From: Chiloscyllium plagiosum
Lineage: Eukaryota
DNA length: 64,000 nt
Reading direction: 5' to 3'
NCBI RefSeq assembly: GCF_004010195.1
Contig: NC_057718.1
Span: 22,972,297-23,036,296 of the forward strand
The translations under genes were made by a program, and so were the position numbers. The notes beneath the pieces are model-generated. The model saw only the letters and a list, made by a program, of their open reading frames with translations. It was not told the origin of the DNA and made no database searches. This document shows positions 11,901 to 23,580 of this stretch, in pieces (positions within the stretch are counted from its first letter, which is position 1; every line of letters begins with the position of its first letter).

Positions 11901-12639
11901 GTATGCAGCCACCAATACTAAGCAAGCCCAAATCTTTCAATTAGAGTTACTCACCAGATTTTCTGTGTGCACGCGCGCTCTCAGTTGGCTCTCAGTGCAA
12001 AGCTGCGCTGTGAGCTTCTCCTCTAATTATTCAAATAAGCTGATTCTAAATAGGGAGCTGTCAGCTCCAAATGCTTTCAATTAACATCGGAGCAGCAGCT
12101 GACCTATATCAGCTCCATTTCATTGGATTTGCAAAATCAATTGTCAGCTGATGTCTCTGTTGACGACAATTAATTGAAGGCCCTTAATAATTAATAATTA
12201 TCATCAAGAGTGAGAACTGAGGAAATTGGACTTGCATTTTAAACCATGGTATTTGGTTAATATTTTAAACTGAATGCTGTGGTGAATACTGGACCCTTGG
12301 CAAACTTCCCTGACCCAATAGCCTCTCAGGATGTAACTTTGTCAACAAATGATAGCAGAAAGTGGAATAGTATTCTGTAAACAGTGCAGCCAAGAAGGTA
12401 ATCATTCCTGCTGTTTGTCTCTGTAAAGAATGGCAATGATTTTCGACTCTGCTAAGTATCTGTTTAGCATTTGTTTTGAGATAAGGTGTCATGGGAGGAT
12501 TTGGGTTGCTGAGATAACGATGCCGCAATTCAAATTCTGTTTCAAGACAATATTGAAGAGCCTGTGAGCTGGAGAGTGAGCAGCACAAGGGAATGTAATT
12601 TCAGTCATGGCTGTCCATAATGCTGCGGTGCTGCAGGGA

Positions 12640-13315
12640 CTAGATTTGGAATTAGCTTTATTGTCACATGTACTCGCATGAGGATAGTGTAAAGTTTAAA
12701 AGTCACCACATTTGGCACCACGTTAGGTACAAAGGTACAGATTCTCAAGTACCCATTCTTTGGGGAAAAAGTAATTAAGAAAATAATGTCTGTCCAGCAT
12801 AACAGAGCTCAGGAATAAATTAGAAAAATGAAGAAATAAAAAGTTCAGAATAACAGTCCTTCTAACCCAGTCCGTGCTAGCAAGGAGTATCTAGTCTACT
12901 CCGGCCTCAACTCTAGACTGTCCCAGGCTTCACCCCGGGGCTCTTGAAGCCAGGACACTGCTTTGGAATCATGCTGAGGTCATGCAGGCCACCAAGAGAC
13001 CCTACACCAAGATACCCCCATGCTGGGCCGAGAGACCACCATACCAAGAGACCAATACACTGAGAGACCAACATGCTTGGGCCGAGAGACCTCTGCACTG
13101 AGAGACTACCACACTGAGAAACTACCAAGCTCGGGTCGAGAGACCCCCACACCGAGAGAACATCATACCAAGAGACTCCCAGTTCAAGAGACCCCACATC
13201 GAAAGATCCCCACAACGAGAGATTCAACATGCCAGGTTGAGAGACCCTCACAATGAGAGACCGCCACGCCAGGCTGAGAGATCACTACAGTGGGCCAAGA
13301 CATTGCTGTGCTGGG
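12640..13315 (-). mobile_element. Family X retroposon, copy C
   Basis: GAATTAGCTTTATTGTCACATGTACTC...GGCACCACGTTAGGTACAAAGG...AGGAATAAATTAGAAAAAT; internal VNTR. Confidence 0.6.
12990..13305. repeat. Minisatellite of 16 bp units (GAGAGACCnnCACACC) with interspersed 21-22 bp variants
   Basis: Recurrent GAGAGAC/AAGAGAC with 16 bp periodicity; longer units contain ATGCTGGGCC-like inserts. Confidence 0.85.
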
Positions 13316-14239
13316 CTGCTGAATTAGTAATCCTGTACTTACCCCCATGATAAAGATAGTGGGAATGGAGGAGAGGCAGTCCTATTGCTATGGGCTGTGC
13401 AGATTTTCACAGTTTTTGGCAAAAGGCTCCTTGCATAGCGAGATTTCAGTGGTATTTAATGAATGATTTTGGAAAAGGTGGCAAAAAAGCCTCCTGATAT
13501 CAGAGGGCACAACTGACCCAATTAATTGAGTACACTCAGCCTGACCTAGGAGAAATGTCTCTTTCTGAAAATTGGAAATCAGCCCTTAGTCAAAAATACA
13601 GTCAAAGAGATGTGGGATTGTCAATTTTGTGTAAATTAACAAAATCAAGTCTTGAAAGCTGTAGCAGTGTGGATCTTCATTAGTTCTTACACTTTACAAC
13701 TGACAGCTGAAATGGCTTTCATCAAAAGTTTGTTTAGTTAGCTTTTGTTTGAAAAGTCTTTTGAAGAGATTTTCAGCTGGCTGGATGCAGTCAGTTCCTT
13801 GCTTGTTACAAACAGCTGAAGGAACATACTATTTGATATGATCCATCAATCTTTGGGGCATATGGCCTATTCATGGCACTAAAATTCATATGCTATACCC
13901 AGCTGGCCTGCACTGACAAAACTGGTAACACAGTGTCTAACAGTCGAGATGATTCTGCAGTTGGACAATACTTGCTGCATAATCCTGAGTGCACAAGGAA
14001 TTATAATGCCATCCAATTTGGAAGGGAATTGAATTGAATAGAATTAGCTTTATGGTCACATGTACTCAAATGAGGAGAGTGAAATGATTACAGTCTCCAC
14101 ACTACAATACCATCTTAGGTACAAAGGCACCGAGGTATAAATAGTCAAGATCAAATTCTTAGGAAATACAAAAAATTAAATACAAAGAAATAAATAGTCC
14201 GGTATTATAGGTCATAGGAATAAATTAGAAAAATAAGGA

Positions 14240-15980
14240 CATAGAACACAGAACATTCCAGCTCAGTACAGGCCTTTTGGCCCTCGATGTTGCACCGACC
14301 TGTGAAACCAATCTGAAGCCGATCTAACCTACACTGATCCATATGTTTATCCAATGACCATTTAAATGCCCTTAAAGTTGGCAAGTCTACTATTGTTGCA
14401 GGCAGGGCATTCCATGCCCTTACTATTCTCTGAGTGAAGAACCTACCTCTGACATCTGCCCTATATCTATCATCCCTCAATTTAAAGCTATGTCCCCTCG
14501 TGCTAGCCATCACCATTCAAGGAAAAAGGCTCTCACTGTCCACCCTATTTAATCCACTGATCATCTTATATTTCTCTATTAAGTCACCCCTCAACCTTCT
14601 TCTCTCTAACGAAAACAGCCTCAAGTCCCTCATCCTTTCCTCATAAGACCTTCCCTCCATACCAATGCATCCACATCCTTCCTATAATGTGGTGACAAGA
14701 ACTGTATGCAATATTCCAAGTGCAGCCGCACCAGAGTTTTGCACAGCTGCAGAATGCCCTCATGGTTCTGAAACTCAATCCCTCTACCAATAAAAGCTAA
14801 CATACCGTATGCATTCTTAATAATCCTATCAACCTGGATGGCAACTTTCAGAGATCGTCATGCAGGGACACCGAGATCTCTTTGCTCATCCACACTACCA
14901 AGAATCTTACCATTAGCCCAGCACTCTGCATACCTGTTACTCCTTCCAAAGTGAATGACCTCACATTTTTCCACATTAAACTCCATTTGCCACCTCTCAG
15001 CCCAGCTCTGCAGTTTATCTATGTCCCTCTGTAACCTGCAACAGCCTTCAGCAATAACCACAACTCCACCAACCTTAGTGTCATCCGCAAATTTACTAAC
15101 TTCTAAGTCCTCATCCAGGTCATCTATAAAAATGACAAACAGTAATGGCCCCAACACAGATCCTTGTGGTACACCACTAGTAACTGAATTCCAAGATGAA
15201 CATTTCCAGTCAACCACCATCCTCTATCTTCTTTCAGCTAGTCAATTTCTGATCCAAACTGCTAAATCACCTTCAATCCTGTACCTCCATATTTTCTGCA
15301 ATTGCCTACTGTGGGGAAACTTACCAAATGCTTTACTGAAATCCATATACACCACATCATCATTTTACCCTCATCCACTTGTTTGTCACCTTCTCAAATA
15401 ACTCAATAAGGTTTATTAGGCATGACCTACCATTCACAAAACCGTGTTGATTGTCCCCAATCAAATTATTCCTTTCTAGATGATTATAAATCCTATCTCT
15501 TATAATCCTTTCCAAAACTTTACCCACCACTGAAGTAGGGCTCACTAGTCTATAATTACCAGGATTGTCTCTACTCCCTTTCTTGAACAAGGGAACAATA
15601 TTTGCTATCCTCCAGTCTTCTGACACTATTCCTGTCGACAATGACAACATAAAAATCAAAGCCAAAGGTCCTGCAATCTCCTCCCTAGCTTCCCAGAGAA
15701 TCCTAGGATAAATCCCATCTGGTCCAGAGGACTTACCTTTTTCACACTTTCCAGAATTGCTAACACCTCCTCCTTATGAACCTCAATCCCATCTAGTTGA
15801 ATAGCTTGTACCTCAGTATTCTCCTCGGCAATATTGTCTTTTTCCAGTGAGGAATACTGATGAAAAATATTCATTTAATACCTCTCCTATCTCCTCGGAC
15901 TGTATTTCCCACTGATGTCCTTGAGTGGCCCTAATCTTACTCCAGTCATTCTTTTATTCCTGACATACTATAGAAAGCTT
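14240..15980 (-). mobile_element. CR1 LINE, 1.7 kb, RT domain with frameshifts
   Basis: DWRIANIVPLFKKGSRDNPGNYR, QHGF, SGVPQGSVLGPLLF, FADDTK, RGHSFKL; (TTCTATG)-type tail. Confidence 0.95.
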
Positions 15981-16134
15981 AACAAAGAAGCAAAACATTC
16001 AGAATATTGGTTTTTCTGACCCTGTCCATGTCAGCACCCAGCCTTAAGGGAGACGTTTATCGCCTCACCACCATCTGCACCAGACCCTCCAAAGTAGGGG
16101 TCGCCCCACTTCAGGTGCTATCTCTTTGCTGCTG

Positions 16135-16262
16135 GGCCCACTTCACTGATGCTGCTGAACCAGCCTCATTCCTAATGAACGGATTTTGCCTGAAATGTTA
16201 AATTTCCTGCTCCTCAGATGCTGCCTGATCTGCCGTGTTTTTCCAGCACTACACTCTTGACC
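16135..16262 (+). mobile_element. Degenerate PLE pLTR fragment
   Basis: CATTCCTAATGAACGGATTTTGCCTGAAATG...GATGCTGCCTGATCTG...TTCCAGCACTACACTC. Confidence 0.7.
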
Positions 16263-16675
16263 CACAACTAAGAGTCCCTGGCTGCACGGCCAGGCCAGAC
16301 CACCGTCGGGCTACGAGTCCCGCTTTGGCTGCAGATGTTGTCTTGCCCGTGCGACAACCTTGGACAGTCCGCTGCCGCTGTTCCCGAACGTTGGAGGAGT
16401 TTTGCTGCTATTAGCCCCGAACACCGAGAGAATAGCCTTGCTGCTGCTGCCATTGGCTCTGACTGTCAGTCAGACTTGCAGTGTGGTACCAAGGTACAGT
16501 ATTACAAATTACTCATATTAATACACAAGGCTGTATTCTTTAAAGGCAGAGAGAACATACGCTCACACACACTGTGTCTGTTTCAACTCTAGAAAATCAG
16601 CGTCAGCAATTTTCTGGTTTATTTCTCATGCAATTCCCTGACCAATCAAAGTAAACCTGCCTGTTTTAAAATTTA

Positions 16676-16896
16676 CTAGGAGAAAGTGAGGACTGCAGAT
16701 GCTGGAGATCAGAGCTGAAAATGTGTTGCTGGAAAAGCACAGCAGGGCTGGCAGCATCCAAGGAGCAGGAGAATCAACATTTCGGGCATGAGCCCTTCTG
16801 CATTCCTGAAGAAGGCCTCATGCCTGAAACGTCGATTCTCCTGCTCCTTGGATGCTGCCTGACCTGCTACACTTTTCCAGCAACACATTTTCAGCT
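16676..16896. mobile_element. Palindromic PLE pLTR insertion with hammerhead core
   Basis: Inverted arms of about 85 bp; CUGAAGA-AGGC-cucau-GCCU-GAAA-CGUC at 16806-16833; 15 bp TSD CTGTTTTAAAATTTA (16661-16675, 16897-16911). Confidence 0.85.
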
Positions 16897-18036
16897 CTGT
16901 TTTAAAATTTAAACAAAGGCTGACCGTTAACTACCAATAAGCATTAACGGGTACATTCTCCATGGCATTGCAGCTACCATTTTGAGTCTACTTGCCAACC
17001 AGTCAGCACTTACCCCTCAAGCAGAATAAATGTTGCTTTTCCTCTCAGATTGGTATTCTTGCAAATTGTCTTGCTGAGTGAAAGATGAGAAACTTCAACA
17101 AACTGTACTTTTTCTTAGTAATATGTAACTCCAAATGACTAAATGGGGGTATCGTATCATAAATATACCATCTCATTTGTTCCACTGTACCTCGACAGTA
17201 CCTTGCTTGTTGTGTACAGGTAGCTCGATATACGTCACACTTATCCATGATGTGGGGAACTGTCAGAAACATGATTTGTGTGAGAGTTGAATGATTACAA
17301 TCTATTTAAATAAGTAAAGTTTCCTTCATTTTCAAGACTGAGTTACTGCATATCACTTTGAACAAAAATGAGGGCAGCTTGAGTTTTGTTACACTATTTA
17401 ATGCTGAGATGTTGCCATGGTTACAAATAAGTAATGGCAATAGTACAAAGATGGAACTTAGAAACCTTGAGTTTTAGGTTATTGACTTAATAAGAAACAT
17501 GAATTTGAAAGCACCTGAGGAAACCTCTTTGAAAAGAATAGTGATAAAATGTATAAATAATGGTGTTCCATATGTTATAACTTATTTGGATATTCTGAAG
17601 GCTTTTGACAAAATCCTACATGAAGATTCCTAATTCCACTAAAATCCACAGGGCTCAATAGCAGAAAACAAAAGAAATGTAATGTCAGATATAGGTGTTA
17701 GTGTGTTGTTGAGTGGAGTTCCTAAGGGGATAGTGGGAGAACTCCAGTTATTTCTAAGGTACTTTAATAATCTGGCTGTCAACATCACATGTAAGCTTGT
17801 ACCATCTGATGACACTTTAACTGAGTGAGCCCAGGAGTGGTGTATGAGGCAGAATATCAATGAGCACGCTCTTTGAGGGCTTTGCTCAGGAAATTGGAGA
17901 GCTGAGAAGGAGTTTTAAATATTTAGGTGACTCCGCCAACTCCATCCCAGGGCCCTGTAATGTTGCAGCAAAGCTGGTACCACTATTAAATAAAAAAAAA
18001 AGATTCCAATCATGTTGTACTATGATCCTTTACTCC

Positions 18037-18303
18037 AGTCCTTCCCATTTTCTGACTGTGACCCTTTTCAAGGCATGAAGATTGTCTTGATCCCTTGGCA
18101 AGGACCTTTAACCTTGACATGGGGGAATAGGGAGGGGCATTGTGGGGGGAGAGATGGTGGAGGGGAGACAGCCTGTGAAAGGAGGAGGTGGAAGGGGTGA
18201 GGGCAATTAGGTGGAAGCCGTTAATCTCTCGGAGCTCATATTTCCAGAATTACAGCTTCTGACCCTACTTGAAGTCCAGACCCCACTTTGGGAAGCCTTA
18301 CTT
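18037..18303. mobile_element. Possible hAT-type MITE
   Basis: Ends CAGTCCTTCCCA...GTGACCC and GACCCCACTTTGGGAAGCCT resemble degenerate Charlie-like TIRs. Confidence 0.3.
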
Positions 18304-18324
18304 TACACTGCACTGGTAGTGCAG

Positions 18325-18910
18325 GCCTTTGATCAGAAAATTGGTGATTCACATCCCACTCTGGGAAGTAAGCACAAAATCTAGGCTGTCACTGTGAAGC
18401 ATTCTTGAGGAGATATGGCAGTGTCAGGGATACTGTCTTTCAGTCGAGACATTAAATGGAACTCCTGTCTTGCTTCTTGGAGGGCATAAAAGATCCCATG
18501 ACTCAATTTGAAGAAGAGTAGGAGATTTATCCCTGATGTCGAGATTGTGTGGTGCTGGATATGCACAGCAGGTCATGCAGCATCCAAGGAGCAGGAGAAT
18601 CGACTTTTCAGGCAGGAACCCTTCATCAGGAATGCCCGAAATGTCGATTATCCTGCTCCTCGGATCTGCCTGACCAGCTGTGATTTTCCAGCACCAAACA
18701 CTCTCAACTCTGATCTCCAGCATCTGTAGTCCTCACTTTCTCCTAGTTGATTTATCCCTGATGTCCTGCAACCAGCATCACGAAAAGTAGATTTATCTGA
18801 CCATTCATCTTATTGTAGGAGCATGCTGTGAGCAAATTGATTGCTACAATTCTCGCATTCCAGCTTCAAAAGGACTTCATTGGCTGCACAATTCACTGGG
18901 GCATAACAAA
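18325..18910 (+). mobile_element. Deu-domain SINE (SacSINE1/AmnSINE1-like), interrupted
   Basis: CTGTCTTTCAGTCGAGACATTAAA...TAAAAGATCCCATG...GAAGAAGAG...CTTCAAAAGGACTTCATTGGCTG. Confidence 0.75.
18541..18748. mobile_element. Palindromic PLE pLTR insertion
   Basis: 17 bp TSD GATTTATCCCTGATGTC (18524-18540, 18749-18765); minus-strand CUGAUGA...GAAA core near 18602-18629. Confidence 0.85.
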
Positions 18911-19494
18911 AAAAACGAGCTGTCAATGCAAATGGGTTATCTCATTCTTGAACTAAGGCAGAAAAGATACTCTGAAAGATTCCTCATTTCTCTGGCATAT
19001 TATATCAGACTCTCGGAGAAATCTAATCAACCTGTTAGACATGAAGCAGTGAGTCAGGGAGAATGACAATTATAGAAGCGTGCTGCACAATGCCTAATCA
19101 AATGAAGGTGAATTAAAAGTGAATAAAATGCAAGGAAGTTGAAGACACTTAGTCAGTATCGAAGTGAGGCAGAAGTTTCAAAGGCTTGAACCAGCAGAAG
19201 AAAGTAACATGCAACCCATATCCATACAAACGCAAAATTTAGACTTAGCGTAACAGCTAACAATGCAGAATAGTTACAATATAGAACAACAGAAAATAAA
19301 TATCAAGCCAATAAATTAAACAATCACATATGAATAAAGACCCGACCCAATGCAGTCAGTGACATATCTTTATTCTTTGTGATACTGAACACTGTGATCC
19401 AGGTTTACAAATCAAATATGCCAGTAATATATATAACCAAAGCAATCATCAGACATTTCTGGATTAGACAGCTTGAAATTTGTGAATCTCAAAT

Positions 19495-19815
19495 ATAATA
19501 GGTAGGAGCAAGAATTAGTCAGATAGCCCTTTCAGTATCCCCTACCATTAATAACATTATTGTTCGTCCATTACATGAGACAAACCATGACCTGTTCTCC
19601 ACTTTTTTCAGTCCTTGATTCATTTTGAGTGCAACATTCTGTTGATCTCAGCTTTGAATATATTCAATGACTGAAGATCCACAGATCCCTTGGATAGAAA
19701 ACTTATAAGTTTCACGGTTACAGGTGTGAAGAAGTTTCTCTTCATTGCTGAGTAAAATGGTAACCCGTTCCCTCTCTCTCGAGATGTTGTCTGATGACTC
19801 TGGACTCTCCAACAG
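19495..19815 (-). mobile_element. Old CR1 3' fragment
   Basis: TAGGAGCAAGAATTAG...CTCAGCTTTGAATATATTCAATGAC...GTGAAGAAGTTTCTCTTCAT. Confidence 0.6.
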
Positions 19816-20028
19816 GCTCTGATCCTAACTGGGCACCCTCATAAATGCAAATCAAAGTCAGACACTGGATGGTGAAACTGGAAATGCTGATATAACTTAG
19901 GCACAATTTAGGAGGAACTCTGGTGCTGACGTCGGCCCTGGAGTAAAGTTGGAAACAGAGAATGGAAGGGATCCCTGAAAACACTGGTCCTGGTCAGTGT
20001 GTCAGTGATAAGATACCTTTCCCCCATG

Positions 20029-20150
20029 GAGAAAGTGAGGCATGCAGATGCTGGAGATCAGAGTCAAACAATGTGGTGCTGGAAAAGCACAGCCAGCCAG
20101 GCAACATCCAAGGAGAGTCAACATTTTGAGCATAAGCTTTTCGTCAGAAA
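20029..20150 (-). mobile_element. PLE pLTR insertion (single arm)
   Basis: GAGAAAGTGAGGCATGCAGATGCTGGAGATCAGAG; imperfect 15 bp TSD TACCTTTCCCCCATG / TGCCTTTCTCCCATG. Confidence 0.8.
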
Positions 20151-20489
20151 TGCCTTTCTCCCATGAACAATAAACTTTAAGAGCAGAAACTGATGGGGAC
20201 CAACCTTTCACACTGCAACCACAGGCAGCCATAAAGAATCAGACATTTTCAAGATAAATTGATTTTAAAAATGAGGCAATTGTAAGTGCAGTGGGCACCA
20301 TGGATCCATCAACATTACCACAGGACAATGGAAGGCTTAATCTCCATTAATGTTCCACTTTGTGATTGATTTCACCATGAGAAGGCCATGGTGGGTGAAT
20401 ACTGTGGCATCCCATTGCAATACTACCAGTTGGCAGTCCTAGATCTCTCAGATGGGAATAATGGGTCTTTATCAAGTCCAAAAAAAAGC

Positions 20490-21150
20490 TAGTGGTTCTA
20501 GGGCCTCAATCATTTACGATCAATATTTATGACTTGGAAGAGGGGGGAGCAGAATGCAATGCATCCAAATTTGCTGACGATACAGAAATTGTGGGAGGCC
20601 ATACTGTGGTTAAGGAATCCACAAGGGCTTATAGTGAATGAGAAAACGATAAGGCAGATGAAGTTTAATGTAGCAAAGTGTAAGGTTATACACTTTGGGA
20701 GAAAGAATCAAATGGCAGACTATTGCTTAAATGGAGATAGATTCCAAAAATGCTCTGCTGAGGGATTTAGATGTTCTTATGTATGAAGCATAGAGAGTTA
20801 AAATCCAGGTCCAGCAACTAATTAAGAAAGAAATTGAATTGTGGCCTTTATTTCTAGGGTGTTGGGATTTAAAAATGGAGAAGTCTTGTTAAAATTATGT
20901 AGAATTTTGGTGAGGCTCAACTGGAGTAGTTGAGTATAGTCATGGATCGTGAACTGAAGGAAGGATGTAATGATATTGGAAGTAGTTCAGAGGAAATTTA
21001 GCTGGGTGATTCCTGGGATAAATGATTGACTTATGAAGAATGGTTAGACAGGTTAGGAATTTATTCATGAGAATGTAGAGAAATGAAGGATTACCTTATT
21101 GATATATATATATATAGGATTTTGAGGGGGTGTGACAGGGTAGATGCAGA
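20490..21150 (+). mobile_element. Old CR1 RT/C-terminal fragment
   Basis: VLGPQSFTINIYDL, SKFADDT, QMKFNVAKCKVIHFGRKN. Confidence 0.8.
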
Positions 21151-21443
21151 AAGAGTAAGTGCCTGCAGACCCAATCTGAGGTCATCTCACCCACTGTCAA
21201 AAACCGCAGAACACCTCTGATGCTGAGCTCCAACCTGCCACTGTTCATAACGCACTGCCTTGCCCCCAACCCCCAACCCCAGTTATCAAAATTCATGCTG
21301 AGACTTTGACCAATGTTGACCTCTCTCTGTTCCTTGGGAGCCTGTTTTCAGTGAGGGCAGACATCCTTGTTGATGTTCAACCCTTCCGCTTTCATCGTGG
21401 CAACACCACCTTCGGTCACCTCACTTGGAGTTTTAACATGGCA

Positions 21444-21587
21444 AGCTGAAAATGTGTTGCTGGAAAAGCGCAGCAGGTCAGGCAGCATCCAAGGAACAGG
21501 AGAATCGATGTTTCAGGCATAAGCCCTTTTCCAGCAACACATTTTCAGCTCTGATCTCCAGCATCTGCAGTCCTCACTTTCTCCTCC
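21444..21587. mobile_element. Partly palindromic PLE pLTR insertion
   Basis: 13 bp TSD TTTTAACATGGCA (21431-21443, 21588-21600); inverted AGCTGAAAATGTGTTGCTGGAAAAG / CTTTTCCAGCAACACATTTTCAGCT. Confidence 0.85.
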
Positions 21588-22189
21588 TTTTAACATGGCA
21601 GACACCAGGAAGGCAGAGGGACCCCTTCAAGGGCACTCTCCCATCGACACCTGGGAGTGTTTGACAATCGAGGCATCACTATCTCTCATTCTCCTAAACA
21701 CAATTTGCCCCACTTGAGAGAACCTGTAGGTCTCACATCAGGCTCTTCAGTCTCCTGAGAATGCATTACTTAGTGCAGAAGCAGGTCATCACCACCAGGG
21801 TCTGCCATACAAGAAGAAGAGTAGTCCCAATTACAGTCTATGTCAGTGAGACATGGAAAAAAGCAACAGAGGTATTATGTGAGTTGAATGCCTTCCACCA
21901 GCGTTGTCTATGCAAGGGCATCATTTAGAAAGACAACATCAGCCAAGAAGAGGGGTTGCGAACCACTCAGATGTGTCTCCCCATGACAGAGTTGATTGGC
22001 AGGATATTTATTATTTTGCCTGTGATATGGAGGCTCCATCAGAGTAGCCATCAAATGGATATCACCAGACACGCAAAGAAAACAGGGCTGACCAAGAAAG
22101 ATCTGGCAAAGTGCATTTAAGAAGCACTTTCAAAGTGGGCTGAATCAGAAAAGAATGTGATAGATTGGGACTGGTGGTGGATCCTTGTT

Positions 22190-22412
22190 AGAGGTAAAAA
22201 CAATGACTGCAGATGCTGGAAACCCGATTCTGGATTAATGGTGCTGGAAGAGCACAGCAGTTCAGGCAGCATCCAAGGAGCTTCGAAATCGACGTTTCGG
22301 GCAAAAGCCCTTCAGTATTCCTGATGAAGGGCTTTTGCCCGAAACGTCGATTTCGAAACTCCTTGGATGCTGCCTGAACGGCTGTGCTCTTCCAGCACCA
22401 CTAATCCCGAAT
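22190..22412. mobile_element. Palindromic PLE pLTR insertion with intact hammerhead core
   Basis: Near-perfect inverted arms of about 90 bp; 13 bp TSD GTGGATCCTTGTT (22177-22189, 22413-22425). Confidence 0.9.
22317..22352 (+). ncRNA. Minimal hammerhead ribozyme motif
   Basis: CUGAUGA(22321-22327)-A-GGGC-UUUU-GCCC-GAAA-CG-UC; predicted cut after 22348. Confidence 0.7.
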
Positions 22413-23409
22413 GTGGATCCTTGTTGTCCATTCTCCCATATGAGACTGAAAGAACTAATGCTAAATCTAAGTCCGGTGCAATAAAAATGTAGTCCAGCTG
22501 CATGTGAAAGAATTACCCTTCAGTCCAAGGCTCTGAAACAAACACTTGGGAGTGACACCAGGAAATTCTGAGTGTGATTTTTTTTAAAAAACGGCTTAAC
22601 TTCTCTGCAAGAATCACAACCTTTGTTCACAGTGTAAATGTACCATACTATTAGGATGTAAATACAACACAAGTGCAGAATTCATAATCACTTCATTCGC
22701 CAGTATTAGTCATTCTAATTTCACACACATTAAAATATTAGCACAAACCCATTTGGTTCTGACATTTCTATTAGAGGGAAGGTGAGCAGAACATACTCCA
22801 TGTAATTTATTTGCTCAAAGCAGGCATGATTTAAGTACTTGAAGTCAGTAGGCAATCTAAATTTTTGCTGACACTACTCAGATGGATAATTGCTCACTTG
22901 CCTTTCCAAATGACATGCCATGGCATTTTAGTTAACCCTAGTTTTGAAGAGAATGTTTTGCATTCTTTTATCAAGGATATCATATTGCATAAATATTTAA
23001 CTCTATTTCCCATACCTGTGGGAAGTGTAGCAGGTCACGTTCTCTGTCTGTCTATCGATTCCCACTGGCAACCAAGGAAAGGGTGATTAAGATCACAAAA
23101 TAGGGACTAAAATGTTAGAAGGAGAAGCAGTGGCAGGCGTCTCTCTGGTAAGCAAAGCCCATTGATTGTTAGAAGCTTTAGTGGCTGCAATGTTGGCACA
23201 AACATGTTCAAAAAGGACAGGCAGAGGTAGAGAAGGGGGGTGGGGTGCACATAGTGTGAGGAAAACCAGCTGAAATAGCCAGTGCCACCTCCACCAATCC
23301 ACAAGCAGCAAGTTTTGGAAATGTTTTAGAAATGTCACAAGGTTTGCTATGGTATCTGAAGGCTCAAGTAACAAATGCAGATTTTGAAATGATTCCTGAC
23401 ATCTGATTG

Positions 23410-23580
23410 ATTTGTGTGTATGTATGTGTGGGTGTACACATATGTGTGTATGTTTTTGTGTGTGTACCCGTGTCAGTTTTTGTTTTTGCATGTGCGTATG
23501 TATATGCGCTTATGTGTGTGTGCATATGTGTATGTATACATATGTCTGTTTTTGTGTATTTGTGTGCATGTGCAGGCACA
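23410..23580. repeat. Degenerate (TG)n/(TATG)n microsatellite
   Basis: Alternating purine-pyrimidine tract. Confidence 0.9.

Larger units (their letters stand above)
14025..16455 (-). mobile_element. Family X retroposon, copy D, split by CR1 and PLE insertions
   Basis: (GAATT)n tail plus GCTTTATGGTCACATGTACTC; AGGAATAAATTAGAAAAATAAGGA before the CR1 and ...TTCAGAATA...GTCCATGTCAGCAC after it are colinear with copy C; CpG-rich 5' part at 16270-16455. Confidence 0.6.
13900..17120 (+). mobile_element. Penelope-like element (family C), GIY-YIG C-terminus plus 3' region, host of a nested stack
   Basis: DSAVGQYLLHNPECTRNYNAIQF (about 13950-14020) continues after the insertions as THINTQGCIL*RQREH...LCLFQL* (about 16510-16592); degenerate hammerhead-like TCTTGCTGAGTGAAAGATGAGAAACTTC near 17070. 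Confidence 0.6.
21800..22460 (+). mobile_element. RTE-clade LINE 3' fragment, old
   Basis: VYVSETWKKATEVLCELNAFHQRCL, matching the RTE LYGSETW...L..FH.RCLR motif. Confidence 0.65.

Noticed and set aside
22291..22320. Second complete hammerhead on the minus arm
   Set aside because: The inversion truncates the core, giving ACTGAAGGGC without CUGAnGA
22190..22412. DNA-transposon MITE or pre-miRNA reading of the palindromes
   Set aside because: Arms are asymmetric, junctions differ between copies, TSDs are long and variable, and the sequence is contiguous with a GIY-YIG PLE at 4633-5488
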